Position numbers and translations under genes: made by a program
Part shown: positions 35,401 through 50,400 of the stretch, in pieces
How the letters are laid out: every line of letters starts with the position of its first letter
Numbering within the stretch: the stretch's first letter is position 1
NCBI GenBank assembly: GCA_038087875.1
Contig: CM075995.1
Span: 10,728,001-10,792,000, forward strand
DNA length: 64,000 nucleotides
Source: Malacoraja senta
Lineage: Eukaryota
Direction: 5' to 3'
Notes under the pieces: generated by a model
The model's input: only the letters and a program-made list of their open reading frames with translations
What the model was told of the DNA's origin: nothing
Databases searched by the model: none

Positions 35401-38400
35401 AAGAAGACACTAATGGGAGTCATCTATACGCCCCCAAACAGTAGCCTGGGTATAGGGTGCAATTTGCGGCAGGAGTTAAATTGGCATGTAACAAAGATAA
35501 CCAAGGTGGTTATGGGAGATTTCAATATGCAGGTAGACTGGGAAAATCAGGTTGGTTCTGGACCCCAAGAAAGTGAGTTTGGAGAGTGCCTCCGGGATGG
35601 ATTCTTAGTGCTGCTTGTACGGGAGCCTACCAGAGAGAAGGCATTTCTGGATTTAGTATTGTCTAATGAACTCAAGCAAAAGGAACCGGCAGGTGTTGGT
35701 GAACATAATATGATACATTTTAACCTGCAATTTGAGAGTGAGAAGGTTAAATCAGAAGTGTCAGTGTTGCAGTTGAACAAAGGGGACTATGAAGGCATGA
35801 GAGAGGAGCTGGCCAAAATCAACTGGAAAACCATCCTAGCAGGAATGATGGTGGAAATGCAATGGCAGGAATTTCTGGGCATAATCCAAAAGGTGCAGGA
35901 TCATTTCATTCCAAAGAGGAAGAAAGATTCTAAGGGGATTAAGAGGCAATCGTGGCTGACAAGGGAAGTTAGGGATGAAATGAAACTAAAGTTATAGGTG
36001 TATAACATTGCAAAGAGTAGCAGGAAGCCAGAGGATTGGGAACTTTCAAAGGACAACAGAAGGTAACAATAAAGGCAATACGGGCTGAAAAGTTAAAGTA
36101 CGAACGTAAGCCGGCCAAAAAGATAAAGAAGGATAGTAAAAGCTTCGTCAGGTACAGTGCATTCAGAAAGTATTCAGACCCCTACACTTTTTCCACATTT
36201 AGTTATGTTACAGCCTTATTTTAAAATGGATTAAATTCTTTTTTCTACACACAATACCCCAGAATGAAGAAGTGAAAACAGGTGTTTAGGCATTTTTGCA
36301 AAGTAATTTTTTTTTTAAACTTGAAATATCACATTTACATAAGTATTCAGACCCTTTACTATGACACAAAATTAAGCATAAATTCATCCTGTTTCCATTG
36401 ATTATCCTTGAAATGTTTCTACAACCAGTGGTAAATTAAATTGATTGGACATGATTTGGAAAGGCACACACCTGTCTATATAAGGTCCCACAGTTGAGGT
36501 GCACGTCAGAGCAAAAACCGAGCCATGAAGATGAAGGAATTGTCCGTAGACCTCCGAGACAGGATTGCGTCGAGACACAGATCTGGGGAAGGGTATAAAA
36601 CAATTTCTACAGCATTGCAGGTCCTGAAGAGCAGAGAGGCCTCCGTCATTTTAAATGGAAGAACTTTGGAACCACCGGGACTCTTCATAGAGCTGGTTGC
36701 CCGGCCAAATTGAGCAATCGGGGTAGAAAGGCCTTGTCAGGGAGGTGACCAAGAACCTGATGGTCACTCTGATAGAGCTCCAGAGTTCCTCTGTGGAGAT
36801 GGGAGAACCTTCCAGAAGGACAACTATATCTGCAGCACTTCACCAATCAGGCCTTTATGGTAGAGTGGTCAGATTGAAGCCGCTCCTCAGTAAAAGGCAC
36901 ATAACAGCCCGCTTGGAGTTTGCCAAAAGGCACCTAAACAAGATTCTCTGGTCTGATGAAACCAAGATTGAACTGTTTGGGCTGAATGTCAAGCATCACC
37001 TCTGAAGGAAACCAGGCACAGCTCATCACCTGGCCAATACCATACCTATGGTAAAGCATGGTGATGGCAGCATCATGCTGTGGGGATGTTCTTCAGCGGC
37101 AGGAACTGGGAGACTAGTCAGGATCAAGTGAAAGATAAAAGGAACAAAGTACAGCATGCTCCCTGATGAAAACTTGCTCCAGAGCGTTCTGGACCTCAGA
37201 CTGAGGCGGAGGTTCACCTTCCAACAGGTCAACAACCCTAAGCACACAGCCAACACAGCACAGGAGTGGCTTTGTGACAAGTATGTGAATGTCCTTGAGT
37301 GGCCCAACCAGACATCTCTGGAGGGACCTGAAAATAGCTGTGCATCTACGCTCCCCATCCAACAGAGCTCGAGAGGATTGTGAGAAATTACACAAATACA
37401 GGTGTGCCAAGCATGTAGTGTCATACCCAAGAAGACTTGAGGCTGTAATCACTGCTAATGGTGCCTCAACAAAGTACTGAGTAAAGGGTCTGATGTGGCA
37501 GTTCCTGGGGAGTAGGCCACTCCCTGGTTCATCCCCCTCGGCACTTGATGGACAGGTCCGGGGGCGGCTTCCAGCTACGAAGATAAGAGCAGGGATTTTT
37601 GGCGCGACACCAGTTTTCAGTCTCTCACTGAAGTGGAGAGTAGTGTGCTGTGCTCATTAAACCCTCTACAGAATTTGCCTGGCTTCTCGCCGGACATCCG
37701 GTCGGACAACCGCCTGCAGCTTACCAGCGACCCTTTCACCGACATGCAGTCAGTGGGCGAGCGCACCGATCTACTTTGGATGGCCCGTCAGCAGCCCCTG
37801 GATGCGCTGGAGATCCTACCGATGGCGCCGGGCAGCGGACAGCAGGTCGGTGCTTCAATTGACAGCGTCTCCGCCGCTCCTAAACTCCCTCTACGGTGGG
37901 ATCTGGCCGCCAGCTATGCCAGCGTCTCAGCTATATCAGTCAATATAGCCAAATGCCGTTTCGGGGTGACGTCCTGGGACACCACGTACCTCCGCAGGGT
38001 GCGGTGCCGCTCCCGGCCAAGGTAGACGCTGTGCGCCCGTTTCCACGACCGGCCACCTTGAGGGGCCTCCAGGAATTTGTCGGGATCATGGCCTCCAACC
38101 ACCGTTTTGTACCGTCCGCAGCCAGGATCATGCGCCCGCTGTTTCACCTCATGGCGGGCAAACGAAAGGATGTCGAATGGACAGACAAAGCGGTGGCGGC
38201 GTTCCACCAGGCCAAGGAGGCCCTGGCTAGGGTTACGATGCTCGTGCACCCACGGGCGGATGCACCAATCGGGCTGACGGTCGACGCTTCCGATGTAGGT
38301 GTTGGAGCTGTGCTAGAGCAGCTGTTCGACGGGCGTTGGAGGCCTCTGGCCTTCTTCAGCAGGCACCTCAGCGGCACTACAGTGCCTTTGACCGTGAGCT

Positions 38401-41400
38401 CCTCACCCTTTACCTGCGCCACTTCCGTTATTTTTTGGAGGGGCAGACTTATACCGCTTACACGGACCACAAGCCCCTCACCTTTGCGTTCGCCGAGGTT
38501 TCCGACCCGTGGTCCGCTCGCCAGCAGCGGCAGTTGGCATTCATCTCTCAATATACTACCTCCATTCGTTTCATCGAGGGCAAAGACAACAGATTAGCCG
38601 ACGCCTTGTCTCGTCACGCGGTCAACGCCGTTTTGCAGGTGTCCGATGGCATTGACTACTCAGCCCTGGCTGCTGCCCAGCTGATAACCATATAACCATA
38701 TAACCATAACAGCACGGAAACAGGCCATCTCAGCCCTTCAAGTCCGTGCCGAACACTTTTTTTTTTTAAATTTTTAATTTTATTTACTTCCCCCTAGTCC
38801 CATCTACCTGCACTCAGACCATAACCCTCCATTCCTTTCCCGTCCATATACCCATCCAATCTATTTTTAAAGGATAAAATCGAACCTGCCTCCACCACTT
38901 CCACTGGAAGCTCATTCCACACAGCCACCACTCTCTGAGTAAAGAAGTTCCCCCTAATGTTACCCCTAAACTTCTGTCCCTTAATTCTCAAGTCATGTCC
39001 CCTTGTTTGAATCTTCCCTACTCTCAATGGGAAAAGCTTATCCACGTCCACTCTGTCTAACCCGCTCATAATTTTAAAGACCTCTATCAAGTCCCCTCTT
39101 AACCTTCTGCGCTCCAAAGAATAAAGACCTAACTTGTTCAACCTTTCTCTGTAACTTAGTTGCTGAAACCCAGGCAACATTACAAGTAAATCTCCTCTGT
39201 ACTCTCTCTATTTTGTTGACATCCTTCCTATAATTAGGCGACCAAAATTGTACTCCATACTGCAGAATTGGCCTCACCAATGCCTTGTACAATTTTAACA
39301 TTACATCCCAACTTCTATATTCAATGCTCTGATTTATAAAGGCCAGCACACCAAAAGCTTTCTTTACCACCCTATCTACATGAGATTCCACCTTCAGGGA
39401 ACTATGCACAGTTATTCCTAGATCCCTCTGTTCAACTGCATTCCTCAATTCGCTACCATTTACCATGTACGTCCTATTTTGATTTGTCCTGCCGAGATGT
39501 AGCACCTCACATTTATCAGCATTAAACTCCATCTGCCATCTTTCAGCCCACTCTTCCAAATGGCCTGAATCTCTCTGTAGACTTTGAAAATCTACTTCAT
39601 TATCCACAACACCACCTATCTTAGTATCATCTGCATACTTACTAATCCAGTTTTCCACACCATCATCCAGATCATTGATGTACATGACAAACAACAGTGG
39701 ACCCAACACAGACCCCTGAGGCACCCCACTAGTCACCGGCCTCCAACCTGACAAACAGCCATCCACCATTACTCTCTGGCATCTCCCATTCAGCCACTGT
39801 TGAATCCATCTTGCTACTCCACCATTAATACCCAACAATTGAATCTGCTAACCAACCTTCCATGAGGAACCTTGTCAAAGGCCTTACTGAAGTCCATATA
39901 GACAACATCCACTGCTTTACCCTCATCAATTTCCCTAGTAACCTCTTCGAAAAATTCAAGAAGATTAGTCAAACATGACCTTCCAGGCACAAATCCATGT
40001 TGACTGTTCCTAATCAGACCCTGCTTATTAAAATGCTTATATATATTATCTTTAAGTATCCTTTCCATTAATTTGCCCACCACTGACGTCAAACTAACAG
40101 GTCTATAATTGCTAGGTTTACTCTTAGAACCCTTTTTAAACAACGGAACAACATGTGCAGTACGCCAATCCTCCGGCACTATTCCCGTTCCTAATGACAT
40201 TTGAAATATTTCTGTCATAGCCCCTGCTATTTCTACACTAACTTCCCTCAATGTCCTAGGGAATATCCTATCAGGACCTGCAGACTTATCCGTTTTCATA
40301 TTTTTCAAAAGTGTCTGCACCTCCTCTTCTTTGAATCTCATAGTTTCCATTGCTACTCTGCTTGTATCCCTACGCTCACATAATTCCTTATCCTTCTCCT
40401 TGATGAATACCGAAGAAAAGAAATTGTTCAATGTAACCATATAACCATAACAGCACAGAAACAGGCCAACTCGGCCCTTCAAGTCCGTGCCGAATCTCCC
40501 CCATCTCTTTTGGCTCTGCAGATAGCTGTCCACTCTGACTCTCTAATGGACCAATTTTATTCCTTGTTATCCTTTTGCTATTAATATAGCTGTAGAAACC
40601 CTTTGGATTTACTTTCACCTTACTTGCGAAAGCAACCTCATATCTTCTTTTAGCTTTTCTTAATATTCTTTTTACCTTCTTTATACTCCTCAAGCACCTC
40701 ATTTACTCCATGCTGCCTATAATTATTGTAGATCTCTCTCTTTTTCCGAACCGTGTCCAATTTCCCTTGAAAACCATGGCTCTTTCCAATTTTTACTATT
40801 TCCTTTCAACCGAACAGGGACATAAAGATTCTGTACTCTTAAAATGTCACCCTTTAATGTCCTCCATTTCTCTTCTACATCCTTCCCATAAAACAACATG
40901 TCCCAATTCACTCCTTTTAAATCCTTTCGCATCTCCTCAAAGTTAGCCTTTCTCCAATCAAAAATCTCAACCCTAGGTCCAGTTCTGACCCTCTCCATAA
41001 TTATATTGAAACAAATGGTATTGTGATCACTGCACCCGAAGTGCTCCCCGACGCATACCTCTGCCACCTGCCCTGTCTCATTTCCTAACAGGAGGTCCAG
41101 CACTGCCCCTTCTCTAGTAGGTACCTCTATGTATTGCTGCAAAAAACTATCCTGCACACATTTTACAAACTCCAAACCATCCAGCCCTTTTACAGAATGT
41201 GTTTCCCACTCTATGTGTGGAAAATTGAAATCTCCCACAATCACTACCTTGTGCCTACTACAAAAAATCTGCTATCTCCTTACATATTTGCTCTTCCAAT
41301 TCTCGCTCCCCATTTGGCGGTCTATAATACACCCCTATAAGTGTTGCTACACCTTTCCCATTTCTCAGTTCCACCCAAATAGCCTCCCTAGACGAGCCCT

Positions 41401-44400
41401 CTAATCTATCCTGCCAAAGCACTGCTGTAATATCTTCCTTGACAAGCAATGCAACACCCCCACCTCTTTCCCCTCCAATTCTATCACCCCTGAAGCAACG
41501 AAATCCTGGAATATTTAGTTTCCAATCACAGCCCTCCTGCAACCATGTTTCACTGATCGCCACAACATCATGCTTCCAGGTGTTAATCCAGGCTCTAAGC
41601 TCATCCACCTTTCTTACAATGCTCCTAGCATTAAAATATACACATTTAAGAAACCCACCACCACTTATTCTCTGTTTATTATCTTTTTCTTCTTTCTCCC
41701 CTACATTTTGGGTCCGAGTGCTTCCCTTCTCTGCCTCCTGCCTCCCACATTTTCTACTAGCTTTCTCTATTTGAGTCCCTCCCCCCAACCGTTCTAGTTT
41801 AAAGGCTCCCCAGTAGCCTTTGCAAATCTTCCCTGGATGATTAGATGTCCGCCTATCGTACCGCAGTTACGGGCCTGCGGTTGTAAGATGTTCCATGTGG
41901 CCCCGGGGGTGCGAGGCTGCTGTGCGACATCTCGTCTGGTCAGCCGCGGCCCATCGTCCCCGTCGCCTGGCGGCACAGAGTTTTTCGAGGTGCTCCACGG
42001 GCTGGCCCACCCTTCCGTTCGGGCGATGACGGCCCTCGTGGTTTCCCGTTTCATGTGGCACAGGTTGCGCAAACAAGTTGGGCATTGGGCGCGTACCTGC
42101 ATCCCGTGCCAAACTGCCAAGGTACTGCGACATGTGCGGGCACCCCTCCAGGAGTTCTGCGTCCTACGCCAACGGTTTGACCATATCCACGTGGACATCG
42201 TGGGGCTGCTGCCGCATTCTCGGGGCTTCACCCACCTCCTGACCGTGGTCGACCATTTCACGCGGTGGCCGGAAGTAGTTCCATTGGCAGACAACTCTGC
42301 GGCCACGTGTGCCCGTGCTTTGGCGGCACACTGGATTGCCCGATTCCGAGTGCAGCTGGACATTACGTCCGACTGGGGGCCATAGTTCACATCTGAACTG
42401 TGGTCGGCCATGGCCCGCCTTCTAGGGGTTAACATGCACCGCACTACGGCGTATCATCCGCAGGAGAACGGCCTGGTGGAGTGTTTCCACCACCACCTCA
42501 AGGATGCCCTGAAGGCTCGGCTCACGGACCCCGACTGGGTCGACGCATTGCCGTGGGTTTTGCTGGGTGTCCACACCGCGCCCAAAGAGAACTTGGCCTC
42601 CTCCTCAGCTGAGTTGGTGTATGGGGCCCCGCTGACAGTGCCCGGTGAGTTTATCCCATCAGCACAAGGCCAGGCAGAGCAGCCATCAGCCGCCCTGCAA
42701 TGACACCGGTGACGTCTCGCCACGGTTCGTTCAGACCGCTCCTTCCTTCCGCTCTCCAGGACTGCCCATTTGTTTTCCTGCAGCGGGACGTGCACCGGAT
42801 GCCCCTTCAGCGGCCGTACGAAGGACCATTCAAGGTCCTCGAGCGTGGCCCTTCCACTCTCGTTTTGGACATGGGGGGTCGACGTGAGACGGTCTTTGTT
42901 GCGCGGCTGAAGCCGGCACAAGTGGACATCAGGCTACTTGCACGACCTCGCCCTCGGGGTCGCCCTCCGTTCCGGCCCTTTCCCCAAGCGCCTGCGCCGC
43001 CACCTTCACCTGGCAGTGTGTCTCCAGTTCCTGCGCCCGCAGTGGTGCGCACACGGGCTGGGTCGTATCGTACGTCCCCCTGTCCGATTCGTGCCTCCGG
43101 TTCTTCGGGGGGGTCCTGTGGCTGTTCCTGGGAAGTAGGCCACTCCCTGGTTCATCCCCCTCGGCACTTGATGGACAGGTCCGGGGGCGGCTTCCAGCTA
43201 CGAAGATAAGAGCAGTGATTTTTGGCGCGAGACCAGTTTTCAGTCTCTCCCTGAAGCGGAGAGTAGTGTGCTGTGCTCATTAAAGCCTCTACAGAATTTG
43301 CCTGGCTTCTCACCTTCATTCCGGGCTCTCTCATGCACCCGCTACACTGAATACTTATGTAAATGTGATATTTCAGTTATTTATTTTTAATTACTTTTCA
43401 AAAATTTCTGAACAACTATTTCCGCTTTTTTATTATGGGATATTGTGTGTAGATTGATTTTTTTTTTTTTAATTTAATCCATTTTAGATAAGGCTGTAAT
43501 GTAACAAAATGTGGAAAAAGTTGAAAGGTGAATACGTTCTGAATGCACTGTATGTTAAGAGAAAATGATTAGTAAAGACACATGTGGGTCCCTTGAAGGC
43601 AGAAACAGGTGAAGTTATTATGGGAATAGCAGAAGAGTTGAACAGGTTATTGAGTTCTGTCTTCACTAAGGAAGACACGAACAATCTCCCAGATGTACAG
43701 GAGGACAGAGGATCGAGGGAGACAGAGGAACTGAAAGAAATTTGTTTTAGGCGAGAAATACTATTGGGTAGATTGATGTGACTGAAGGCTGATAAATTCC
43801 CAGGGCCTGATGGTCTTTATCTCAGGATACTCAAGGAGGTGGCTCTAGAAATCGCGGATGCATTGGTGATCATTTTCCAATGTTCTATAGATTCAGGATC
43901 AGTTCCTGTGGATTGCAGAGTTGCTAACGTTATCCCACCTTTCAAGAAAGGAGCGAGAGAGAAAACGGGGAATTATAGATCAGTTAGCCTGACATAGGTG
44001 GTAGGAAGATGCTGGAGTCAATTATTAGTCAATGGAGTCAAGTAATAACAGCACATTTGGATAGCAGAAAAAGGATTGGTCCAAGTCAGCATGGATTTAT
44101 GAAGGGGAAATCCTCCTTGACTAATTTTCCGGAATTTTTTTAGGATGTGACAGGTAAAATGGATGAAAGAAACCCAGTGGATGTAGCGTATCTGGACTTT
44201 CAGAAAGTCTTTGGTAAGGTCCCACACAGGAGATTAATGGGAAAAATTAGAGCACATGGTACTGGGGGTAAGGTATTGACATGGATAAAGAATTGGTTGG
44301 CAGACAGGAAACAAAGAATAGGAATAAACTGGTCCCTGAGAGAATGGCAGGCAGTGGAGAGTGGAGCGCCACAAGGCTCGGTGCTGGGGCTGTAACCAGT

Positions 44401-47400
44401 CACTGAAAGTAAACATGCAGGTACAAGAGGCAGTGAAGAAAGCTAATGGCATGTTGGCCTTCATAACAAGAGGATTTGAGTATAGGAGCAAAGAGGTCCT
44501 TCTGCAGTTCTACAGGGCCCTGGTGAGACCACTTCTGGAGTATTGTGTGCAGTTTTGGTCTCCTAATTTGAGGATGGACATCCTTGCTATTGAGGCAGTG
44601 CAGAGCAGGTTCACGAGGTTAATCCTCGGATTGGCGGGACTGTCATATGAGGAAAGATTGGAAAGACTGGGTTTGTAATCACTGGAATTTAGAAGGATGA
44701 GAGGGGATCTTATTGAAACGTATAAAATTTTAAAAGGACTGGACAAGCTAGACGCAGGAAAAATGTTCCCAATGTTGGGAGAGTCCAGAACCAGGGGCCA
44801 CAGTCTAATTTTTATAGGGGAGGTGAGAAAAAAACCTTTTCACCCAGACAGTTGTGAATTTATGAAATTCTCTACCACAGAATGCAGGAGAGGCCAATTC
44901 ACTGGATGAATTTAAAAGAGTTGGATGGAGCTCTAGGGGCTAGTGGAATCAACGGATATGGGGAGAAGGCAGCCGTGGGTTACTGATTGTGGATGATCAG
45001 CCATGTTTACAATGAATGGCGGTGCTCGAAGGGCCAAAAGTCCTCCTCCTGCACTTTTTTCCTATGTTTCGATGTACTCCTCAGGTTAACCAGTGTGTCA
45101 TGGAGGGGGTGTATTGGGGGAGCTGTATTGCCAAAGATGGTCTGCAGTTTGAGGAGCATCCTCCTCCAAGACCATCTCCAGGGAATCCAACCCTACCCAC
45201 AGAACAGAGACAGCCTTCTTGATGAGCTTGTTAATACTGTTGGCGTCCGCAGCCTTCGCCCTGTTACTCCAGCACACGACTGCGAAGAAGTTGGCACTAG
45301 CTTCTACCGATTGGTAGAATATCTGCAGCATCTTACTGCAGATGTTGAAAGAGTGGAGCCTCCTCAGAAAGTACAGACAGCTCTGTCCTCTTTTATACAG
45401 TGCCGCAGAATTTCTGGACCAGTCCAGTTTACTGTCCAGGTAAACTCCAAGGTACTTGTACTGCTCCATAAACTACACATCCACACCCTTGGTGAAGACG
45501 GGGGACAGGGGTGTTCCTCTCCTCCTAAAGTTCACCACTAACCCATTTGTCTTACTGGTGTTGAGCTGCAGGTGATACAGCACTGAACAAAGTCGTTGCC
45601 TACACCTCTGTATTCAGGTTCCCTCTCCTCACTGGTACAGGCCACAATTGCAGAATCATCCAAAAACTTCTGCAGGTGGCAGGAGTCCGAGTTGCACAGG
45701 TATCTGATGTCCGAGGTGTAGATGGTGAACAGGAAAGGAGAGAGGACCGTCCCCTCTGGGGGCACTGTGTTGCTCACCACCATGTCAGAGACACAGTTCT
45801 GTAGCCTGATGTAATGTGGTCGTACAGTCAGGTCATTAGTGAAACAGGACACCAATGGTGCATCCACCCGCAACTTTGTCAGTTTGCACTCTTGCAGTGC
45901 AGATTGGATTGTGTTAAAGGCACTGGAGAAGTAAAACATCTGCAGTTGGAAAGTAACTAGAGAGGTTATACAGGCATTTGGATAGGCAAGGGCTGATCAC
46001 AGACAGTCAGCATGGTTTTGTGCATGGGAGGTTGTGTCACAAATCTGATTGAGTTTATTGAAGACATGATCAAAAAGGTTAATGAGGACAGCTGTAGATG
46101 CTGTATAATGGATTTCAGTTCGGGATTCGACAACGTGCTGCATGGTAGGCTGCTCTGGAAGGTTAGATCGCATGGGATACAAGGAGAGATTGCTTCATGA
46201 AAGGAAGCAGAGGGTGATTGTGGAAGTTTGCTTATCCGACTGGAGGCCTTTGACTAGTGGTATGCATCAGGGTTCGGTGCTGGGCCCATTACTGTTTCTC
46301 AAGTCAAGTCAAGTCAAGTTTATTTGTCACATACACATACGAGGTGCAGTGAAATGAAAAGTGGCAATGCTTGCGGATTGCGCAAAAAAACCTACAAAAC
46401 AGCAATCTTAACAGCAACCAAAATAACAAAAAACAGCAATTTTAATAAGACACAGCACAACAGTAAATTGGTACAGTGAGTTAGTCCCTGGTGAGATGAG
46501 AGTTTACAGTCCTAATGGCCTCTGGGAAGAAACTCCTACTTATCCTCTCTGTTTTCACAGCATGACAGCGGAGGCGTTTGCCTGACCGTAGCAGCTGGAA
46601 CAGTCTGTTGCTGGGGTGGAAGGGGTCCCCTATAATGTTGCTGGCTCTGGATGTGCACCTTCTGATGTATAGTTCCTGCAGAGGGGCGAGTGTAGTTCCC
46701 ATAGTGCGTTCGGCCGAATGCACTACTCTCTGCAGAGCCTTGTCCCGGGCAGAGCAGTTCCCAAACCAGATTGTGATGTTTCCAGACAAGATGCTTTCTA
46801 CATCCGCTGAGTAGAAGCACTGGAGGATCCTCAGAGAGACTCTGAATTTCCTCAATTGCCTGAGGTGGTAAAGGCGCTGCCTTGCCTTACTCACCAGTGT
46901 TGCAGCGTGTGATGACCATGTCAGATCCTCTGAGATGTGGACTCCCAGGTATTTAAAGCAGCTCACCCTATCCACAGTATCCCCATTTATCTTCAGTGGC
47001 GTGTGCGTCCTAGGATGTTGTGCCTTCCTAAAGTCCACGATCTTTGTTTTTTTGACATTCAAGAGGAGGCTGTTGTCCTGACACCAGAGTGCCAGATCAG
47101 CCACCTCTTCCTGGTAAGCCTTCTCATCGTTATCGGAGATCAGGCCCACCACCACAGTGTCATCAGCAAACTTGATGATGGAGTTGGAGCTGAACCTAGC
47201 CACACAGTCATGTGTGTACAGGGAGTACAGTAGGGGGCTGAGGACGCAACCCTGGGGGGGATCCTGTGCTCAGGGTGCGGGTCTTTGATGTATTTCCTCC
47301 CATCTTGACTACCTGGGGCCTGGCGGTGAGAAAGTCCAGGACCAAGGCACACAGGGGAGTGTTAAGTCCCAGTTCCAGCAGCTTCTCAGCAAGTCTGGTG

Positions 47401-50400
47401 GGGACTATCGTGTTGAAGGCTGAACTGAAGTCAATGAACAGCATCCTCACATAGCCCCCCTTCTGGCTGTCAATGTGAGAGAGAGCGGTGTGCAGAACCT
47501 AGGAGACCGCAAAATCCGTGGATCTGTGCGGACGGTATGCGAACTGTAGCGGGCCCATGTTGCGAGGGAGGAAGGCGTAGATGTGTTTCTTGACTAGCCT
47601 CTCGAAGCATTTCATGACTACCGAGGTGAGGGCCACCGGTCGGTAGTCATTCAAACAAGCTGGAGAGGCATTCTTTGGTACAGGTACAATGATGGATCTT
47701 GTGAAGCAGGCAGGGACCACGGACTTAGCCAGGGAGAGGTTAATATTGTAGTGAGCACCGGAGCTAGCTGAGTAGCACAAGACTTAAGTACTCGCCCAGA
47801 TATGCCATCTAGGCCTCCAGCTTTCCTCGTGTACACACATGTCAGAGCCCTCATCAGGTCATGCTCGGACAACGTGAATGTGTGCACATCCCCAGCGGAG
47901 GACCTCCCTCCAGCCAGTTTGTCATCTACATCAATGATTTGGTTGAGAACATACAGGGCAAGATTAGCAAGTTTGCTGATGATACAAAGATGGGTTCAGG
48001 TCAATGGGCAGAGACTTGAGACAACCCGTGCAGGGGCGATGGAGCGGTACTGTCGGAGGACTGGTACTGAGGGAGCGCCGCACTGTGGGAGGAGCGGTAC
48101 TGAGGGAGCGCCGCACTGTGGGAGAGGCAGATTGAGGGAGAACCGCCCTGTAGGAGCAGCGTTACTGAGGGAACACCGCACTGTAGGAGGGTCGGTACTG
48201 GGCGAGCGCCGCACCACAGGAGGGGGGCAGTATTGAGTGATTATTGATTTATGGGAGGGAGGCAGTACTGAGGGAGTGTCGCACGGTGGGAGGGGTAGTA
48301 CTGCAGGAATGCCGCATTACGGGAGGGGTAGTACTGAGGGAGCGTCGCACTGTGGGAGGGGCAGCATCGTACTGTGGGAGGAAAGTACATCAACCTCTTT
48401 CGCAGGATCATCAAAGCAAAGGATGTCTGGAAAGCGGGTACGTGGCCCACATCCATCTGAGCAGCTCCTGTCTATATATCCTGTCCAAATGTATTTTATG
48501 TCGCAATTGTATCTGTTTCTGTAATTTCCCCTGGCGTTGCATTCGAGTTCCCGCCCACCATCCGACTGAAATGGTTGTCTTTGAGATAAAGCTCTCACCT
48601 CTCATCTGTAGTTTTAGAATCCTCTACCCCTGGAAAAGACTGTGAGCGTTGATGTTTTCCGTGTGTCTCATGATCTTGTTACCTCAATATTGCCGTTCCT
48701 CACCCTCCTACACTCCCGAGAAGAGAGTGCCAGCCCTTTCTCAATAAACAAAGCCAGTAAAAATACGTCACATCTTCACGAATCTCTTGTGCACCCTTTC
48801 CAGCGTTATGGCATATTTCTTACATCTGGGCGACCAGAACACACACAGTACTCCAAGTGTTGTCTCACCAGTGACTTGTACAGCTGCATCATGGCGTCCC
48901 AACGTACTCTATACCGTACTCGAGTATTGAGTTTAGAATTTGGGATGTCATGTTGCCGTTGTATAAGATGTTGGTGAGACCACATTTAGAATATTGTGTT
49001 CAGTTTTGGGCACCATCTTGTAGGAAAGATATTGTCAAGCTTGAAAGGGTTCAGAGAAGATTTACGAGGATGTTGCCAGGACTAGAGGATCTGAGCTATA
49101 GGTAGAGGCTGGGTCTCTATTCCTTGGCGTGCAGGAGGATGAGGGGTGATCTTAGAGAGGTGTATAAAATTATGAGGGGAATAAATCGGGTACATGCACA
49201 GAATCTCTTTCCCAGAGTAGGGGAATCGACGAACATTGACATAGGTCAAGGTGAAGGGGAAAAGATTTAATAGGAATCTGAGGGGTAACTTTTTCACACA
49301 TAGGGTAGTGGGTGTATGGATCAAGCTGCCTGAGGAGGTAGTTGAGGTTGAGACTATACCAACGTTTAAGAAACATTTAGACAGGCACATGTTTGCAGCA
49401 ATATGGACCAAACGGAAGCAGTTGGGACTAGTGTAGCTGAGACATGTTGGCAGGTTTCGGCAAGTTGGGTCGAAGGGCCCGTTTCCCCACTGTATTATTC
49501 TATATCTCTATGACTATAGTTACGGATAGGGATAGAGAGGGCTCACGTGTTAAAATGCTAAATTGGGGTTAGGCCAACACTAACGGTATGAGAGAAAGTC
49601 TCGCTCATGTTGATTGGCGCATGTTGTTTATGGGGAAAGGAACATCAGCCAGTGGTCTGTTTTTAAAAGTGTGATGACAAAGGCACAGGATATGCACGTC
49701 CCTATTACAGTGCAGGTCAAGGCAGGCAAACATAAGAAAGCTTGGCTGACGAGAGAAATAGAGGCATTGGTTAAGAATAAAAACTAGGCGTTGGACAGGC
49801 ATAGGTAGCTGTGGATGAGTTTCGGTAAATAAGGAGCAAAGTAAAACAAAATCAGAAGGGCAAAAAGAGGCAGGAGATAGCTCTGCAGATAGCATTAAGG
49901 ACAAACGCAAGAGGTTTTTCGTAAATACATAAGGGGAAACGGGTAATCAGAGAAAGAGAGTGACCCCTCAGGAATGAGTGCGGTCAACTCTGTGTGGAGC
50001 CACAGGAGATGGGCAAGGTCCTCAATGAGTATTTCTCTGTATTTACCGAGGAGAAAGGGCTGAAGGTACAATCGTGTATAAAAGTAAACAAATGTCCAGG
50101 GCCTAATCAGATATATCCGAGAACATTGTGGGATTCCAGAGAGGAAATTGCGGGAGCCCTGGTTGAAATTTACGAGTCGTCTTTAAATACAGGAGAGGTG
50201 CCGGAAGACTAGAGGGTGGCAAATGTTGTGCCTCTATTCAAGAAGTGAGTTTAACATCTGTTGTTGGAAAGTTACTAGACGGTATTCTGAGGGATAGGAT
50301 ATACAGGCATTTAGACGGACAAGGGCTGTTTCGGCATAGTCAGCATAGTTTTGTACGTGGGAAGCCATGTCTCACAAATCCGAAGACATTTTTGAAGACG

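Larger units (their letters stand above)
37494..43346 (+). mobile_element. Gypsy/Ty3 LTR retrotransposon, internally deleted, inserted in the Tc1 right inverted repeat
   Basis: TG...CA ends and CTGA TSD at 37490-37493 and 43347-43350. RT/RNase H ([27 protein letters not shown]) precede integrase ([38 protein letters not shown]). G-run PPT at 43107-43113. Confidence 0.93.
36155..43550 (+). mobile_element. Tc1/mariner transposon of the IR/DR (Sleeping Beauty-like) type
   Basis: TA TSD at 36153-36154 and 43551-43552; ~200-bp inverted repeats CAGTGCATTCAGAA...TTCTGAATGCACTG with internal AAGTATTCAGACCC direct repeats. Confidence 0.92.
35060..45075 (+). mobile_element. Degraded CR1 ORF2 split by Tc1 (segments about 35060-36152 and 43553-45075)
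   Basis: EN region reads up to KSFVRY at 36154 and resumes YVKRK at 43551, continuing to RT and tail. Confidence 0.88.

Noticed and set aside
47802..48977. ORFs repeated at 53699-54531 as a duplicated small gene
   Set aside because: They derive from a minisatellite and a decayed antisense CR1, and the frames differ between copies.
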